The notes beneath the pieces are model-generated. The model did no database searches and was not told where the DNA came from. It was given only the letters and a program-made list of their open reading frames with translations. A stretch of DNA of 64,000 nucleotides from Octopus bimaculoides (taxonomy: Eukaryota): contig NC_069003.1 in NCBI RefSeq assembly GCF_001194135.2, positions 32,943,327 to 33,007,326 of the forward strand. The letters are read 5' to 3'. This document shows, one piece after another, positions 1 through 13,156 of the stretch. Position numbers and translations under genes: made by a program. How positions within the stretch are numbered: the first letter of the stretch is position 1; each line of letters opens with the position of its first letter.

Positions 1-612
1 GGGTTAATGTTGCTAATATACAAAATGATAGTGTTTTGCTCAAATTTATAGTGAGAGTGATTTATTAAAATATTGATTTAACTGTTAGGAGATATCGCTT
101 TCTGGGTTTTACAAAGAACATTCAAACTGTAAAGGAAACATTTCAACAGTTATGTTCTTATAAAGAAAAGACAGTCTTCAAAAGCGATAGGTGTGATTTA
201 AAGTATAACAGAGTGCTCTCCAGATATGAGTGAATATCTAGTGAAACCATGGCCCCCAGGGCTGCATGTGGCCCTCAAGAATCCTTCCAGCAGCCCTCAA
301 CAGTCTTCCCTCTATGAATATAATAGATTTTTCTTTAGACTTGTGTTTTACTTTTTTTGGTGCAGCCTCCTAAAAAAGAAATCCAGGTCTGGGATCTGGC
401 CTGGATATTAAAGGTTGAAAACCACTGCTTAGGATCAAAGGCCAGTTAAGTGGAATGAGCAGAAGAATATAATTTAGCTACAGGTATATACATTGTCAAT
501 ATATAACCAAATGCAACTGGAAGCAATAGCTAGGTTTGGTTAAATTTGGGATTTGAAAAGAACTACAGGCTGGGAGAAACATGAGTAAATGGTGAAGTTA
601 GGTGCGTGCGTA

Positions 613-643
<31 letters not shown>

Positions 644-1633
644 ATGTATGTATATATATATANNNNNNNNNNNNNNNNNNNNNNNNNNNNNNNNNNNNNN
701 NNNNNNNNNNNNNNNNNNNNNNNNNNNNNNNNNNNNNNNNNNNNNNNNNNNNNNNNNNNNNNNNNNNNNNNNNNNNNNNNNNNNNNNNNNNNNNNNNNNN
801 NNNNNNNNNNNNNNNNNNNNNNNNNNNNNNNNNNNNNNNNNNNNNNNNNNNNNNNNNNNNNNNNNNNNNNNNNNNNNNNNNNNNNNNNNNNNNNNNNNNN
901 NNNNNNNNNNNNNNNNNNNNNNNNNNNNNNNNNNNNNNNNNNNNNNNNNNNNNNNNNNNNNNNNNNNNNNNNNNNNNNNNNNNNNNNNNNNNNNNNNNNN
1001 NNNNNNNNNNNNNNNNNNNNNNNNNNNNNNNNNNNNNNNNNNNNNNNNNNNNNNNNNNNNNNNNNNNNNNNNNNNNNNNNNNNNNNNNNNNNNNNNNNNN
1101 NNNNNNNNNNNNNNNNNNNNNNNNNNNNNNNNNNNNNNNNNNNNNNNNNNNNNNNNNNNNNNNNNNNNNNNNNNNNNNNNNNNNNNNNNNNNNNNNNNNN
1201 NNNNNNNNNNNNNNNNNNNNNNNNNNNNNNNNNNNNNNNNNNNNNNNNNNNNNNNNNNNNNNNNNNNNNNNNNNNNNNNNNNNNNNNNNNNNNNNNNNNN
1301 NNNNNNNNNNNNNNNNNNNNNNNNNNNNNNNNNNNNNNNNNNNNNNNNNNNNNNNNNNNNNNNNNNNNNNNNNNNNNNNNNNNNNNNNNNNNNNNNNNNN
1401 NNNNNNNNNNNNNNNNNNNNNNNNNNNNNNNNNNNNNNNNNNNNNNNNNNNNNNNNNNNNNNNNNNNNNNNNNNNNNNNNNNNNNNNNNNNNNNNNNNNN
1501 NNNNNNNNNNNNNNNNNNNNNNNNNNNNNNNNNNNNNNNNNNNNNNNNNNNNNNNNNNNNNNNNNNNNNNNNNNNNNNNNNNNNNNNNNNNNNNNNNNNN
1601 NNNNNNNNNNNNNNNNNNNNNNNNNNNNNNNNN

Positions 1634-1684
<51 letters not shown>

Positions 1685-1876
1685 CGTACGCACATATATA
1701 TAATACACACACATGTGTATGTATACACATACAATAATACACACACACACACATACGCAATCATTTAACGACCGTTTTCAGGCTGGCATGGGTTGAACGG
1801 TTGGAGCCACGGGGCCACGTTGAGATCTATCATCAGCCAGCTTTAGCATAGCTTCTATATACGTATGCACATACGT

Positions 1877-1907
<31 letters not shown>

Positions 1908-2769
1908 ACCACACAAACACACACATGATGACTATCAGCTCATTACAAAAATTGACCACCTCTGTGTACACAAATGCTTAGTCCTGACATAAGATCTTAC
2001 GTGGCTTTTTTTTTAGACCAGACATACTTTTAAAAAGAAGTCCACACAAATAGCACGCTAGCTTTGGTGCAACTTGAACTGCCTGTCGTATCTAATCTTG
2101 ATGAGCCTTGGAACATTTCTTTAGACCTCCTTTCAGATTGGCACATCCTGTTGTATATGTAGCATTGATAAGGGAAAAACTGTTCTATAAACAGTAGAAA
2201 GTGTCCTAATTTGTGCTCTTACGTGAGATTTAAGCTGAGCCTCAGGCAGATTTTGCCACAAAATGTACAAATGAAAAAGTTTAACCAAGTTCATATTCTA
2301 TTACTGGCTGCTTTTTTCTCCACCCACCTTATTTCCTCTTAATATTTCAGGTGGCAAGTTAGCAGAACTGTTAGCATACTGGGCAAATTGCTCGATAGCA
2401 TTTCGCCTGTTTTTATATTCAGAGTTCAAATGCCACCAGAGTTAACTTTCCTTTTCATCTTTTCAGAGTAAATAAAACAAGTACCAGTTGAGCATTGGAA
2501 GTTGATGTAATCGACTTAACCCTCCCCTAAAATTGCTGGCCTCGCGCCAAAATCTGAACCCAATATCACAGATTAAAGTAAGGCGGTGAACTGGCAGAAT
2601 CATAAGCACATTGGGCAAAATGCTTAGCAGCGTTTCGTCCAGGGTAGACTTAGCCTTTCATCCTTTCTAGGGTTGATAACACAAGTACCAGTTGAGCACT
2701 GGAGTTGTTACAATTGACACACCTGTCCTCCAAAATCGCTGACCTTGTGCCAAAATTTGAAACCAATAT

Positions 2770-3400
2770 TTACCTGTACTAGCCTGTTTTCTTCATAAGT
2801 TTTCACACCGTCCCATAATTTTGAACAATCCACTATGAGACTTTCCAGGTTATTTTTTGGGGGGTGGGGATCATTTCCTACATTCAAGTTCTCCATCAAT
2901 ACATCTTTAAACCTTCACTTTGGCTTACACCATTTCCTTTTTCACTGAACAAGTTCTCCATGAAACAATTGCTTAGGAGTATGCCCATCAGCCATGTGGA
3001 ACAATATCTCCAGACGATCGCATTTGCTTTTTCAAAATCATTGCTTAGATGAAACAGATGTGGCTAGGACATCAAAGTCAGAGGTGGTTGAATTCCATTT
3101 TATTTTCAGAATATGGCATAAACATTTTTGAGGAAATTGTTCTACGTGTCCAAAGTAATGTTTGTAACATGCCCAAGTTTCAGAGAAATATAGAGAGGAT
3201 AAGACAAAAGATTTATAAACATATTTTTGCTTTGTTGCTGATGTCTTTGTGACCAGAGCCAAGACACTAAACTTTCTAAAGACTTTACTGACATCTGAAT
3301 CTTCAGGGATATTTCTGAATCTAATGTTTCACCTTGAATCACTGCACTCCAAAGGGATATCAAGGATTCAACAATCCTAAGATTACACATGGAATAATGA
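2770..3400 (-). mobile_element. RTE-clade LINE, decayed 3' ORF fragment
   Basis: Translates to YKSFVLSSLYFSETW...KCLCHILKIKW...PKQLFHGEL...RFKDVL...GVKTYEENRL, the typical RTE C-terminus, with stops and frameshifts. Confidence 0.85.
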
Positions 3401-4374
3401 TATATATACCTAAGTACATACATACACATAAGTCCTGCCAGCATGGAAAATAGACATCAAATGATGATGATGACACAAACACATATATAGATCTGCATAC
3501 ACATATATACATAGATACATACATATAATATATATGTGTGTGTGTGTAAAACAGATACACACACACACATGTATGTATGTATCCTTTTTTTTTTTTTTTT
3601 TTTTTTTNNNNNNNNNNNNNNNNNNNNNNNNNNNNNNNNNNNNNNNNNNNNNNNNNNNNNNNNNNNNNNNNNNNNNNNNNNNNNNNNNNNNNNNNNNNNN
3701 NNNNNNNNNNNNNNNNNNNNNNNNNNNNNNNNNNNNNNNNNNNNNNNNNNNNNNNNNNNNNNNNNNNNNNNNNNNNNNNNNNNNNNNNNNNNNNNNNNNN
3801 NNNNNNNNNNNNNNNNNNNNNNNNNNNNNNNNNNNNNNNNNNNNNNNNNNNNNNNNNNNNNNNNNNNNNNNNNNNNNNNNNNNNNNNNNNNNNNNNNNNN
3901 NNNNNNNNNNNNNNNNNNNNNNNNNNNNNNNNNNNNNNNNNNNNNNNNNNNNNNNNNNNNNNNNNNNNNNNNNNNNNNNNNNNNNNNNNNNNNNNNNNNN
4001 NNNNNNNNNNNNNNNNNNNNNNNNNNNNNNNNNNNNNNNNNNNNNNNNNNNNNNNNNNNNNNNNNNNNNNNNNNNNNNNNNNNNNNNNNNNNNNNNNNNN
4101 NNNNNNNNNNNNNNNNNNNNNNNNNNNNNNNNNNNNNNNNNNNNNNNNNNNNNNNNNNNNNNNNNNNNNNNNNNNNNNNNNNNNNNNNNNNNNNNNNNNN
4201 NNNNNNNNNNNNNNNNNNNNNNNNNNNNNNNNNNNNNNNNNNNNNNNNNNNNNNNNNNNNNNNNNNNNNNNNNNNNNNNNNNNNNNNNNNNNNNNNNNNN
4301 NNNNNNNNNNNNNNNNNNNNNNNNNNNNNNNNNNNNNNNNNNNNNNNNNNNNNNNNNNNNNNNNNNNATATATA

Positions 4375-4574
4375 TTGGGTCTGGGTTTGTCTCCCCCACC
4401 ATCGCTTGACAATCGATGTTGGTGTGTTTACGTCCCCGTAACTTAGAGGTTCAGCAAAAGAGACCGATAGAATAAGTACTAGGCTTACAAAGAATAAGTC
4501 TTGGGGTCGATTTGTTCGACTAAAGGCGGTGCTCCAGCATGGCCGCAGTCAAATGACTGAAACAAGTAACAAAA

Positions 4575-4575
<1 letters not shown>
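4375..4575 (+). mobile_element. SINE 3' body (family C); further copies at ~14990-15170, 27130-27330, 43400-43520, 46520-46600
   Basis: Shared GGCGGTGCTCCAGCATGGCCGCAGTCAAATGACTGAAACAAGTAA tail. Confidence 0.75.
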
Positions 4576-4624
<49 letters not shown>

Positions 4625-5709
4625 AAAAAAATCAAAAATTTGCATGATACATTGTAATTTTTTTTATAGCTAATCTGTGCATGTTGTTTAGTGACAGGTA
4701 ATTCTGATCATGCAGATAAAAGCGCTTCAACCTTGACCACCCAATCTCCCCCAACCTCCGTCTGAGTATTATCTAGGACTACACTATAATATACGATGTA
4801 TCGTTCCCTTGGTTTGAGTGTACTTGGTTGCTATTTCTTGCAGGTGCGAGCGTAGTCTCGTTTCTGTCAAACACCTGAGGTATATCATTAATAAATGCCG
4901 TTTACCTATAATAATAATAGTTTCTTAAATGATTACATTTAATAGCTATTAGAATAATGATAGTCCAGTATCTGTGGCCTTCTCATTACAATTTTGTTGT
5001 TCCTACCGATTCGAATTATATTGGCGAATACTGGTGACCAATCGATATGACAACAAAAATTCCTGGATTTTTTCCTCAGCCTGGAAACAGTTAACTCACA
5101 AATCGCTGATACCTTAACGACCAGCTATTTTTTATTCTAGCATTCCCCACAAAACAGCTGTTATACATATATATATATATANNNNNNNNNNNNNNNNNNN
5201 NNNNNNNNNNNNNNNNNNNNNNNNNNNNNNNNNNNNNNNNNNNNNNNNNNNNNNNNNNNNNNNNNNNNNNNNNNNNNNNNNNNNNNNNNNNNNNNNNNNN
5301 NNNNNNNNNNNNNNNNNNNNNNNNNNNNNNNNNNNNNNNNNNNNNNNNNNNNNNNNNNNNNNNNNNNNNNNNNNNNNNNNNNNNNNNNNNNNNNNNNNNN
5401 NNNNNNNNNNNNNNNNNNNNNNNNNNNNNNNNNNNNNNNNNNNNNNNNNNNNNNNNNNNNNNNNNNNNNNNNNNNNNNNNNNNNNNNNNNNNNNNNNNNN
5501 NNNNNNNNNNNNNNNNNNNNNNNNNNNNNNNNNNNNNNNNNNNNNNNNNNNNNNNNNNNGAAATGTCTATTTTATTCTGAATTTTAAGAAAGAGCTAACA
5601 TATAAATTTAAAATGATCTACATATCGAATGTAGTAGACCTTGGTCAACGTTCGGAAAAAGTCGATTTAAAGAGAAATTACTCAACAATCGTGGATGTTA
5701 TGAGTGACT

Positions 5710-5747
<38 letters not shown>

Positions 5748-6059
5748 GAGCAAGCATTCAAGCTGACGAGGTAGATCGCCTCAACACCGTGGCTCGACGC
5801 GCTAGAAATAACAGCGAAATCTCCCCCAATTTCACATCTTATAAACGGAAGCGTATACATATCGGACTAGGGGATTCCAAAGATATATGTTCTATCTAAA
5901 AAAAAAGAGAATAAAAAAAAACTAAAGAGACGGGTTGGTTAGTTGGTCAGAGCTGGAACGCCTTTGAATATAGATCCGTGCGATGAGGGCTGACCTAAGG
6001 CGAAACTACTACGAAATGTAATTTTTGAAGACGTTGGCTGCTTAATATGCTATTCTATG

Positions 6060-6416
6060 TTTTCAGATATGTTAGCACTAGTGTATACATTATAGATATA
6101 TACATATACATTCACACAGATAATATAATGAATTATATAACACACACACACACATACATACATATGTGTACACATACACATATAATATACGTACAGACAA
6201 TCTGTATTTTTTTCTCTCAGATTTTCAATATAAGCCGGTTACTAAGCCGAGTTGGATAAAGTCGATATCCTTCATTCATATATACACATCTACATATATA
6301 CATATATACACATACATCTATGCAAATGTACACATATATACATATATAAATATATATACACACACATATACACATCTATTTATATATATATACATATACA
6401 TATACACATCTATCTA

Positions 6417-6460
<44 letters not shown>

Positions 6461-7041
6461 GTACATATATATGTACACACATCTATCTCCATAAATATAT
6501 ATACACACACACACACATATACACGCACACGTATATATACATCTACATATATACAAATACATGTATATACATCTACATATTTACATACACACGTATATAC
6601 ATCTACACATATACATACACATGTATATACATCTACACACATATATATATACATCTACATATATATATACATACATCTATATATATATATATACACACGT
6701 GTATAGATACACATATATATATATATACATCTGTATGAACATGCACAGATATATATATATATATACACACACCTGTAGACACATACACATATATATACAT
6801 CTGTATATTCATACATATATATTCATATATACACATATATACATCTTTATTTACATATATGCACATATATATACATCTGTATATACATATATATATACAC
6901 ACATATATACCTACATCTATTCAGATATATATACATCTATACACATGTATACAAACATCTATACATGTATACATAGATGTTTACATGTATATGTACACAT
7001 ACATGTCTACATATGCATATGTATGCATACATGTCTGCATA

Positions 7042-7073
<32 letters not shown>

Positions 7074-7170
7074 CTCCTATACATATGTACATACACATCT
7101 GTACATATATGCACACACATCTATACATGCATGAGGCAAACCTACCACTTATCTATTCATATATATATAC
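6060..7170. repeat. Long degenerate (TA)n/(CA)n/(TACA)n microsatellite tract; similar tracts at ~8550-8770, 10020-10566, 42880-43320, 58760-59050
   Basis: Directly visible low-complexity sequence. Confidence 0.98.
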
Positions 7171-7249
7171 CCACACGGTCTCAAATTTGTGTTGATGTCA
7201 TATGAAATACGGACTGTGACACAGAAACATAGACAGCAGGGCGAAGAGA

Positions 7250-8100
7250 CCAGCAACTACCTTGACCAAGTTTGTAATCATGAAACCAACAACATGATTA
7301 GGATATCTAATGAACTTGAGGAGAGATATGAAAAATAAATTGGACCAGTTCACTGAGAAGAGAGTACTACATGGGTACTTAGCACGTAAAACGCAAACTA
7401 TGGAAGGGATTGCTCATGTCAAAAGCTTGACATATAAGTACCGACAAGTTTATGACATCTCACTTTGAAGGCCACATCCATACAATCCCCAAACAAGATA
7501 TTCCCACCAAGTACCTTCTACATAAAAGGCAGAAAACGTTGACAGACGACAAATATAGGCTTTGCAAGACTAAGATTGAAGACATCAACCACATTTATTG
7601 TTAGATATTAATTTGGCAGAGAGAATGTCTTGCGGATATTATCTTCCCATAAGGCATGATGCGGTGACCAGAACAGTCTGGGTTGGACCATATTGAGACA
7701 GACCGATGGTCAAAAGAATATTGGTGGAACTTGAAAATTAAAACAGCCACCAAGTTAAAGCACAACCGGCGAGATATATCGTTGAGTGGGGACCACAAAG
7801 AAAAGGTACTGTTGTGGGAATCAGCTGCCTTCTGGTCACGAATGTGGTTAGAAAAAGACAAGGGTTTGAGGACGTGTACAGATCATTGATAAGGGATTTG
7901 CAAATCCAGTACCCAAGATACATTTTCAGATTCATACCTATTATTATGGAAGCAACTGGATACGTATCAGTCCGTCTGGAGCAAAATATGGCTGATCTTG
8001 GAATCTTGGCGAGAGAATTGCAAATCCTGAATTCAGATGCTACAAAATGATCGTAATACCTGGGGCTATAAAATCTCTAAGATCTTCCTTATGATTTAAA
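7250..8100 (+). mobile_element. R4/Dong-like (restriction-like endonuclease) non-LTR retrotransposon, decayed 3' fragment
   Basis: Pieces EGHIHTIPKQDIPTKY...LCKTKIEDINHI (degenerate CCHC), YLPIRHDAV, YWWNLKIKTATKLKHNRRDI and YRSLIRDLQ...FIPIIMEATG match the zinc-knuckle/RLE region. Frameshifted. Confidence 0.75.
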
Positions 8101-8709
8101 GGATGACGGTTAAATCTAGATACTTTTCTTCACAACCATGCTACCAAGTACGGGGGGGGGGCGGTCAAAATTTACTCTCAATTAAAAAGAGAAAGAGAAC
8201 ATACACACACACACACANNNNNNNNNNNNNNNNNNNNNNNNNNNNNNNNNNNNNNNNNNNNNNNNNNNNNNNNNNNNNNNNNNNNNNNNNNNNNNNNNNN
8301 NNNNNNNNNNNNNNNNNNNNNNNNNNNNNNNNNNNNNNNNNNNNNNNNNNNNNNNNNNNNNNNNNNNNNNNNNNNNNNNNNNNNNNNNNNNNNNNNNNNN
8401 NNNNNNNNNNNNNNNNNNNNNNNNNNNNNNNNNNNNNNNNNNNNNNNNNNNNNNNNNNNNNNNNNNNNNNNNNNNNNNNNNNNNNNNNNNNNNNNNNNNN
8501 NNNNNNNNNNNNNNNNNNNNNNNNNNNNNNNNNNNNNNNNNNNNNNNNNNNACATCTATATACATATATACATCTATATACATATATACATCTATATACA
8601 TATATACATCTATATACATATATACATCTATATACATATATACATCTATACACATATACATCTATACATCTATATACATACATACATCTATATACATACA
8701 TACATCTAT

Positions 8710-8740
<31 letters not shown>

Positions 8741-9044
8741 CATATATATACACACACACACACATCTATAATACATATTGCAGACATGTACATATGTGTG
8801 ATTTCCTGCTATCAACATCCAAAAACTTCCTTCTCTGATTATTCAAATGTGATCAGTCATCATTATCATTAACTACCACCCCCGAAACCAAACCAAACCA
8901 AACCAAATCCAACAAGTTAACTTAACGATCGAGTGTGTTTATCATTCATCATATATCAATCACAGAACACATAAACCACAAATGCTAAGGAAACAATTAA
9001 AAATACAATGAAATATACAATATATATATTATAAATATTCTTAC

Positions 9045-9140
9045 CTCATTTTCCTTGTGGTTACGAATTCCTCGTACAAGGTCCTGTAAATTCTTGTCCA
9101 AAACTCTTTCCAGAGTTCCTTTTACTTTCTTTAACGCCAT
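9045..9140 (-). CDS. AP3D1: AP-3 complex subunit delta, first coding exon (MALKKVKGTLERVLDKNLQDLVRGIRNHKENE); downstream exons not found in visible sequence
   Basis: Manual translation from ATG at 9140, 96 nt, ending at donor GAG|gtaaga. Closely matches the AP3D1 N-terminus as recalled (MALKMVKGSIDRMFDKNLQDLVRGIRNHKEDE). Missed by the ORF track because it is <60 aa. Confidence 0.95.
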
Positions 9141-9310
9141 CACTTAAAATGTTTGACTATTTTCTTATCTAATATATAAATATATATATCTATATATGTG
9201 TATATATATATTTATGGGGGGGGGTGTATCTTTATGTCATATATAATATATTTATAAATATGCTTGGGAGGTGCAACACGAGAAAGAAGTACTCAATACA
9301 TGGAGCATAT

Positions 9311-9347
<37 letters not shown>

Positions 9348-9963
9348 CGTATATATATCTATCAATCAGTGCTGAGGTGGATGGGTTTTTTTTCGGCTTT
9401 AAGCGATCATTTATATAATTCTATATTCGCGTATCCAAATGAATACTTAACCACCAAAACGATGTAGTATTTCTTTTAAAAAGGGGTGTTTCTTCGGTTG
9501 ATGTTACTTTCATACATATTGTTACATATAATGTATGTAGCATAGATCTATGCAGATATATATGGATATATATATATATATGTATATATGATACTTTTCG
9601 GTCCTTCTCTCTACTGCAACATATTTTCCTTGCTCTCCAAAGATGAATCAAGTATCGAACCCAAAGCCAAGCTCCGTAAAAAAAGTCCAGGGAATTTAAT
9701 TAAGTAAATAATAAATAACAAAACTCAAAGATGAAGGTGTGTCGATGTCGAGGTTAAGTGTTGGTTTTGGTTCAATGAAAGCTAGTTGGTGTTTTAAATG
9801 AGGAGAAAAAGAAGGCCAGTGAGGAGAAAGATGGGAGGTATGTATTCGAGAAGATCTCTCTCTCGCTCTCTCTGCCTACCATGAATGTGTCTACAAAACT
9901 ACAACAGATCTCACTGACAGACTCCAACACCAGAAACATTTCAACATGGCTTCGGTACGACTA

Positions 9964-9984
9964 CCACGTGACCTGGTGACGTGT
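9964..9984 (-). promoter_or_regulatory. CLEAR/E-box-like GTCACGTGG plus adjacent GTGACGTG upstream of AP3D1
   Basis: Motifs seen directly ~820 nt upstream of the ATG in a CpG-retaining patch. Function inferred only. Confidence 0.35.
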
Positions 9985-10052
9985 AACACAAATATACAGG
10001 CTAAATTACAGCATATATACATAGAATGCACACACACATGTGTGTGTGCATG

Positions 10053-10107
<55 letters not shown>

Positions 10108-10240
10108 GTACATATTTATATACGCACACATTTATACGTATACATTTGAGTGCAAATTTACGAAACTATCGCCCTTCAGTCACTATGCCATTTCTGCCGA
10201 TTATTAATTATATATGTGTGTGTGTGTGTGTATTTGTGTA

Positions 10241-10326
<86 letters not shown>

Positions 10327-10386
10327 CATATATATATATATACATGTATGTATGTATATATATATATAGATATGTGTGTATATATG

Positions 10387-10418
<32 letters not shown>

Positions 10419-10481
10419 TATTTATGTATGTGTTTGTAATATGTATGTATGTATATGTTTCTATATATGTTTGTGTGTGTA

Positions 10482-10521
<40 letters not shown>

Positions 10522-12112
10522 ATATATATATAATATATACATACATCTATATATATATAACTATANNNNNNNNNNNNNNNNNNNNNNNNNNNNNNNNNNN
10601 NNNNNNNNNNNNNNNNNNNNNNNNNNNNNNNNNNNNNNNNNNNNNNNNNNNNNNNNNNNNNNNNNNNNNNNNNNNNNNNNNNNNNNNNNNNNNNNNNNNN
10701 NNNNNNNNNNNNNNNNNNNNNNNNNNNNNNNNNNNNNNNNNNNNNNNNNNNNNNNNNNNNNNNNNNNNNNNNNNNNNNNNNNNNNNNNNNNNNNNNNNNN
10801 NNNNNNNNNNNNNNNNNNNNNNNNNNNNNNNNNNNNNNNNNNNNNNNNNNNNNNNNNNNNNNNNNNNNNNNNNNNNNNNNNNNNNNNNNNNNNNNNNNNN
10901 NNNNNNNNNNNNNNNNNNNNNNNNNNNNNNNNNNNNNNNNNNNNNNNNNNNNNNNNNNNNNNNNNNNNNNNNNNNNNNNNNNNNNNNNNNNNNNNNNNNN
11001 NNNNNNNNNNNNNNNNNNNNNNNNNNNNNNNNNNNNNNNNNNNNNNNNNNNNNNNNNNNNNNNNNNNNNNNNNNNNNNNNNNNNNNNNNNNNNNNNNNNN
11101 NNNNNNNNNNNNNNNNNNNNNNNNNNNNNNNNNNNNNNNNNNNNNNNNNNNNNNNNNNNNNNNNNNNNNNNNNNNNNNNNNNNNNNNNNNNNNNNNNNNN
11201 NNNNNNNNNNNNNNNNNNNNNNNNNNNNNNNNNNNNNNNNNNNNNNNNNNNNNNNNNNNNNNNNNNNNNNNNNNNNNNNNNNNNNNNNNNNNNNNNNNNN
11301 NNNNNNNNNNNNNNNNNNNNNNNNNNNNNNNNNNNNNNNNNNNNNNNNNNNNNNNNNNNNNNNNNNNNNNNNNNNNNNNNNNNNNNNNNNNNNNNNNNNN
11401 NNNNNNNNNNNNNNNNNNNNNNNNNNNNNNNNNNNNNNNNNNNNNNNNNATATATATATATATATATATACGATGGGCTTCCTTCAATTTCTGTCTACTA
11501 AATCCACTCACAAGGCTTTGGTCAGCCCGAGGTTATTATAATAGAAGACACTTGCCCAATGCGTCATGTAGTGGGACTGAGCTGGGAACCATGTGGTCAG
11601 GAAGCAAGGTTATTACCACACAGCCATACCTGGGATTGGGTCATAAATAAAAGAAGACATGATATATCTGTGCATGTCTGCACACCTATTGCATATGTGT
11701 GTNNNNNNNNNNATCATCATCATCGTTTAACATCCGCCTTCCATGCTGGCATGGGTTGGACGAACTGACTGAGGGCTGGCAAGCCAGAAGGCTGCACAAG
11801 GCTCCAATGGATGGGATGGTTTCACAAGAGCTGGCCAGACAGAAGCCTGCACCAGACTTCTGTGACTGACTTGGCAGGATTTTACAGCTGGATGCTCTTC
11901 CTAACACCAACCACTCAGCAGAGTGGGACTTAGTGCTTTTACGTGGCACAAGCACTATAAATATACAAATATATATATGTATATATATACATATATATAT
12001 TGTTGTACTTGGGGATGGTCATATTGCCAGTTTAGCCAATAAAAACACACGCACCGTATATTTGGTGTTAATTTGCTTCAGCTTTATATTACATTAATCT
12101 TAATCTTATTTC

Positions 12113-12157
12113 GGCCAGAGTTCTTTCGTCACACTTCTGTGACCTCATCAGTGGTCC
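12113..12157 (-). ncRNA. Minimal type I hammerhead ribozyme motif (Penelope-type)
   Basis: GGACCA-CUGAUGA-G-GUCACA(GAAG)UGUGAC-GAAA-G(AA)C-UC-UGGCC. Intact core, 6-bp stem II, short stems I and III, one extra G before stem II. Confidence 0.65.
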
Positions 12158-12869
12158 TTTGTTTCCTTCCTTCTTATGTGTGTCTCACCTTGCTAAATAT
12201 CAGCCATTTTGCAAAACAAATATGTATATATATACANNNNNNNNNNNNNNNNNNNNNNNNNNNNNNNNNNNNNNNNNNNNNNNNNNNNNNNNNNNNNNNN
12301 NNNNNNNNNNNNNNNNNNNNNNNNNNNNNNNNNNNNNNNNNNNNNNNNNNNNNNNNNNNNNNNNNNNNNNNNNNNNNNNNNNNNNNNNNNNNNNNNNNNN
12401 NNNNNNNNNNNNNNNNNNNNNNNNNNNNNNNNNNNNNNNNNNNNNNNNNNNNNNNNNNNNNNNNNNNNNNNNNNNNNNNNNNNNNNNNNNNNNNNNNNNN
12501 NNNNNNNNNNNNNNNNNNNNNNNNNNNNNNNNNNNNNNNNNNNNNNNNNNNNNNNNNNNNNNNNNNNNNNNNNNNNNNNNNNNNNNNNNNNNNNNNNNNN
12601 NNNNNNNNNNNNNNNNNNNNNNNNNNNNNNNNNNNNNNNNNNNNNNNNNNNNNNNNNNNNNNNNNNNNNNNNNNNNNNNNNNNNNNNNNNNNNNNNNNNN
12701 NNNNNNNNNNNNNNNNNNNNNNNNNNNNNNNNNNNNNNNNNNNNNNNNNNNNNNNNNNNNNNNNNNNNNNNNNNNNNNNNNNNNNNNNNNNNNNNNNNNN
12801 NNNNNNNNNNNNNNNNNNNNNNNNNNNNNNNNNNNNNNNNNNNNNNNNNNNNNNNNNNNNNNNNNNNNN

Positions 12870-12913
<44 letters not shown>

Positions 12914-13079
12914 GAAAGCTGCTATATACAATATAAAACCAAAAGGGAAAAATTCAATTGTCATTAACTGTGACTTAGGGCGCTGGGTATCACCCATATT
13001 GCTAGAAATAAGAGTTAAAAATCCTTAGAGCTGCAAGAAAGCACACTTTCATATACTGACAGGGGAGATCACCGCCCCA

Positions 13080-13156
13080 CAGTGAGCAAGATCACTATAC
13101 TAGTCTAGCTTCGCTTAGAACTTACAAGCTCATCAGTAGTGACTACTCCATCACTG
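13080..13156 (-). ncRNA. Type I hammerhead ribozyme motif with extended stem I (one core deviation, A15.1G)
   Basis: Minus strand reads GUCACUA-CUGAUGA-GCUU(GUAAGUUCU)AAGC-GAAG-CUA(GAC)UAG-UA-UAGUGAU. All three stems pair, and stem I continues past an internal loop (GAGUA/UGCUC, CAGU/ACUG). Confidence 0.8.

Noticed and set aside
3015-3035. AAAGCAAATGC (KANA) looked like AP3D1 exon 2
   Set aside because: It has no splice sites and belongs to the frame of the surrounding RTE LINE remnant. AP3D1 exon 2 is not visible and lies in a gap or left of the window.
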